DNA of 61,192 nt, filler included. It is 6 parts of 6 records of this genome, joined end to end, with 100 filler letters (N's around TTAATTAATTAA, not from the genome) between each part and the next. Parts side by side here need not be neighbours in the genome. Positions count along the whole stretch, not along the records: positions 55,099 to 61,192 come from SRR2962707_3233; 5 more parts are not named here. One strand, written 5' to 3'. Within the stretch, counting starts at the first letter, position 1; each line of letters starts with the position of its first letter. Made by a program: the position numbers and the translations under genes. The notes under the pieces are model-generated. The model was not told the DNA's origin. It was given only the letters and a program-made list of their open reading frames with translations, and did no database searches. Shown piece after piece: positions 59,224 through 61,192 of this stretch.

Positions 59224-60327
59224 ATGATATCTGTACTGGAAAAGTCACCGACCCTGCACTGGCTGGGCAGGCAGCTTTTTAACCGGGACGACCCGGCTGC
59301 CTTTTTTGATCCCCTGCTGGAGCGCATCAACCCCATGTGGGTACGGCAATACACGCCGGCCAGGGTGAAGGCCATCTACAACGAAACCGCCGACACCAAA
59401 ACCTTTGTCCTGGCGCCGGCCGGGCGCTGGAAAGGCTTTGCCGCCGGCCAGCACGTCAATATTGGCATCGATGTTGACGGCGTGCGTCGCAACCGAACCT
59501 TCAGCCTGTCCAGTTCGCCCATTCAATGGCGCGCAGACGGCACCGTCACCCTGACCATCAAACGGCTTCCCGGTGGCCTGGTGACCAACTGGATGCACGA
59601 CCACCTGGAGCCAGGCGCGGTCATCGGGCTGGGCGAGGCGTTCGGCGACTTCCAGATTCCCGATCCGCAGGAGCCAGCCCTATACATCGTCGGTGGCAGC
59701 GGCATCACCCCAGTGCTGAGCCAACTGGAAACCATGGCGGCATCAGACTATCGGGCGCCGGTGACCCTGCTGTATTTCGTGCGCACCCAGGCCGATGTGA
59801 TTGCTGCGGAAAAGCTGCACGCGCTGGCCAGTCGCTGGCCGGCCTTCACCCTGAAGGTGTTTGCCACCAGCGACACCCACCCGCCCCAGTTCCTCAGCGA
59901 GCAACATCTGGATGAGGTTCCCGGCATTGCGGCCCGGCGGTGCTACCTCTGCGGGCCGAAAGGGCTCATGGATCTGGCCAACGATCTCCTGTATCGGCGG
60001 GGGATTGGCGAAGACCGCATTCACAGCACCTTCTTCTCCGCGCCGACCGCAAATCTCGACACCGAGTCCCTCGGAGGAGCGGTGCATTTCCAACGCAGCA
60101 ACCTGGATGTCTCGTCCGAAGGCGATGCGGTGCTGCTGGACATTGCCGAGGCCGCGAAACTGTCGCCACGCTACGGCTGCCGCATGGGCATCTGTCACCA
60201 GTGCAGTTGCCGCAAGACCAGCGGCACTGTGATCAACCGCCTGACCGGGAAAGCCTCCGGCCCGGGCGAGGAAACCATTCAGCTTTGTGTGTCTGTTCCG
60301 AGCGGGCCGGTGTCTGTTGAACTCTGA
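59224..60327 (+). CDS. FAD/NAD(P)H [2Fe-2S] ferredoxin reductase, desaturase partner (DesC-like)
   Basis: RTFSLSS, GGSGITP, LCGP, GCRMGICHQC...LC; ATG after AAGGAG. Confidence 0.92.
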   Translation: MISVLEKSPTLHWLGRQLFNRDDPAAFFDPLLERINPMWVRQYTPARVKAIYNETADTKTFVLAPAGRWKGFAAGQHVNIGIDVDGVRRNRTFSLSSSPIQWRADGTVTLTIKRLPGGLVTNWMHDHLEPGAVIGLGEAFGDFQIPDPQEPALYIVGGSGITPVLSQLETMAASDYRAPVTLLYFVRTQADVIAAEKLHALASRWPAFTLKVFATSDTHPPQFLSEQHLDEVPGIAARRCYLCGPKGLMDLANDLLYRRGIGEDRIHSTFFSAPTANLDTESLGGAVHFQRSNLDVSSEGDAVLLDIAEAAKLSPRYGCRMGICHQCSCRKTSGTVINRLTGKASGPGEETIQLCVSVPSGPVSVEL

Positions 60328-60395
60328 CCGGCCGCACCACAACGCCTGAACCCATTATTGGCAGACATGGTTCGACCATTCTGCAAGGAGTCACC

Positions 60396-61192
60396 ATGAA
60401 GACGATGAACGAAACACAACTGAAAGAGCTTGAAAACGACCTGGACGCCATTCGTGACCAGGTGATTTCCGATCTTGGCGAACGGGATGCACGTTACATC
60501 CGCAGGATCGTTCGGCTCCACCGATCCCTGGAAATCGGCGGCCGGGTGCTGATGCCCTTCGGGTTTATCCCGCCCGTGTTCCTCGCCGCCACCACGGCGC
60601 TGGGTATCTCCAAGATTATCGAAAACATGGAGATCGGCCACAACGTCATGCACGGCCAGTACGACTGGATGAACGACCCATCGCTGCACTCCCAGACCTA
60701 TGAATGGGATACGGTGTGCACTGGCGATTCCTGGCGCCGCACCCACAACTACGAGCACCACACCTACACCAATATCATCGGCAAGGACCGGGACTATGGC
60801 TATGCCCTGCTGCGCCTGAGCGACGACGACAAATGGAAGCCGGCCCATAGCTTGCAGTTCATCAACTATATCCTGCTGAGCGTGTTCTTCCAGTGGGGCG
60901 TTGGGTTGCATGAGCTGGAGTCTGAACGGATCCGCCGCCGGGAAATCTCGGTACGGGAAAAGATTCCGTTCCTGAAGGACTTCTTCCGCAAGGGCGGCCG
61001 TCAGGCCTTCAAGGACTATGTGTTCTTCCCGCTGATCACCTTTCCGGTGGCTCCTGTGGTACTGGCGGGCAACATTGGCGCCAACCTGATCCGTAACCTG
61101 TGGTCGTCCACGGTCATTTTCTGTGGCCACTTTACCCAGGATGCGGAGACGTTTACCGAGGAGGAATGCGAAGGTGAGAGCAAGGGCCACTG
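60396..61192 (+). CDS. Acyl-CoA fatty acid desaturase (DesB/DesA3-like), 3'-truncated; absent from ORF track
   Basis: MKTMNETQLKELENDLDAIRDQV...ENMEIGHNVMHGQYDW...HNYEHHTYTN His boxes; RBS AAGGAG; open to window end. Confidence 0.93.
   Translation, partial: MKTMNETQLKELENDLDAIRDQVISDLGERDARYIRRIVRLHRSLEIGGRVLMPFGFIPPVFLAATTALGISKIIENMEIGHNVMHGQYDWMNDPSLHSQTYEWDTVCTGDSWRRTHNYEHHTYTNIIGKDRDYGYALLRLSDDDKWKPAHSLQFINYILLSVFFQWGVGLHELESERIRRREISVREKIPFLKDFFRKGGRQAFKDYVFFPLITFPVAPVVLAGNIGANLIRNLWSSTVIFCGHFTQDAETFTEEECEGESKGH

Noticed and set aside
60279..61190. 303-aa minus-strand ORF
   Set aside because: Shadow of the real plus-strand desaturase starting at 60396.

Overview
This window is not one locus. 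It is six unrelated contigs joined by 100-bp artificial linkers (44 N + TTAATTAATTAA + 44 N), so no synteny can be read across linkers. Taxon calls are by protein recognition and composition. (1) 1-18806, Marinobacter-like: Fur-boxed hydroxamate siderophore uptake (fhuCDBF plus a TonB receptor), an unannotated 37-aa membrane ORF, dacB, a fasciclin lipoprotein and an SDR/phosphotransferase/phosphatase/SDR cluster. (2) 18907-27312, Devosia-like alphaproteobacterium: ihfA-fabH-plsX, bamE, nusB-ribD-nrdR-glyA with a ZMP/ZTP riboswitch; ribE/ribH are absent and the RibD reductase domain looks degenerate. (3) 27413-37954, AT-rich Flavobacteriaceae: clpB, tetR, MFS, M48, GH31, glgB. (4) 38055-46966, Hyphomicrobiales: BigR/persulfide dioxygenase/YeeE/SulP operon, diguanylate cyclase, TRAP dctQM. 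(5) 47067-54998, eukaryotic: one intron-containing ABCG gene of about 2300 aa with a very large Cys-rich ectodomain. (6) 55099-61192, Marinobacter-like: wax ester synthase and a DesT/FabR-regulated reductase-desaturase operon. I found no CRISPR array, tRNA, rRNA, transposase or phage gene, and no large multi-gene novel system is evident. The best candidates for undescribed biology are a putative Flavobacteriaceae small RNA with complementary sites in a nearby 5' leader, a sigma-54-like promoter with paired TGAC-N5-GTCA sites at clpB, the giant receptor-like ABCG, the degenerate ribD locus and the 37-aa ORF. All are inferences from sequence alone; no searches were run.
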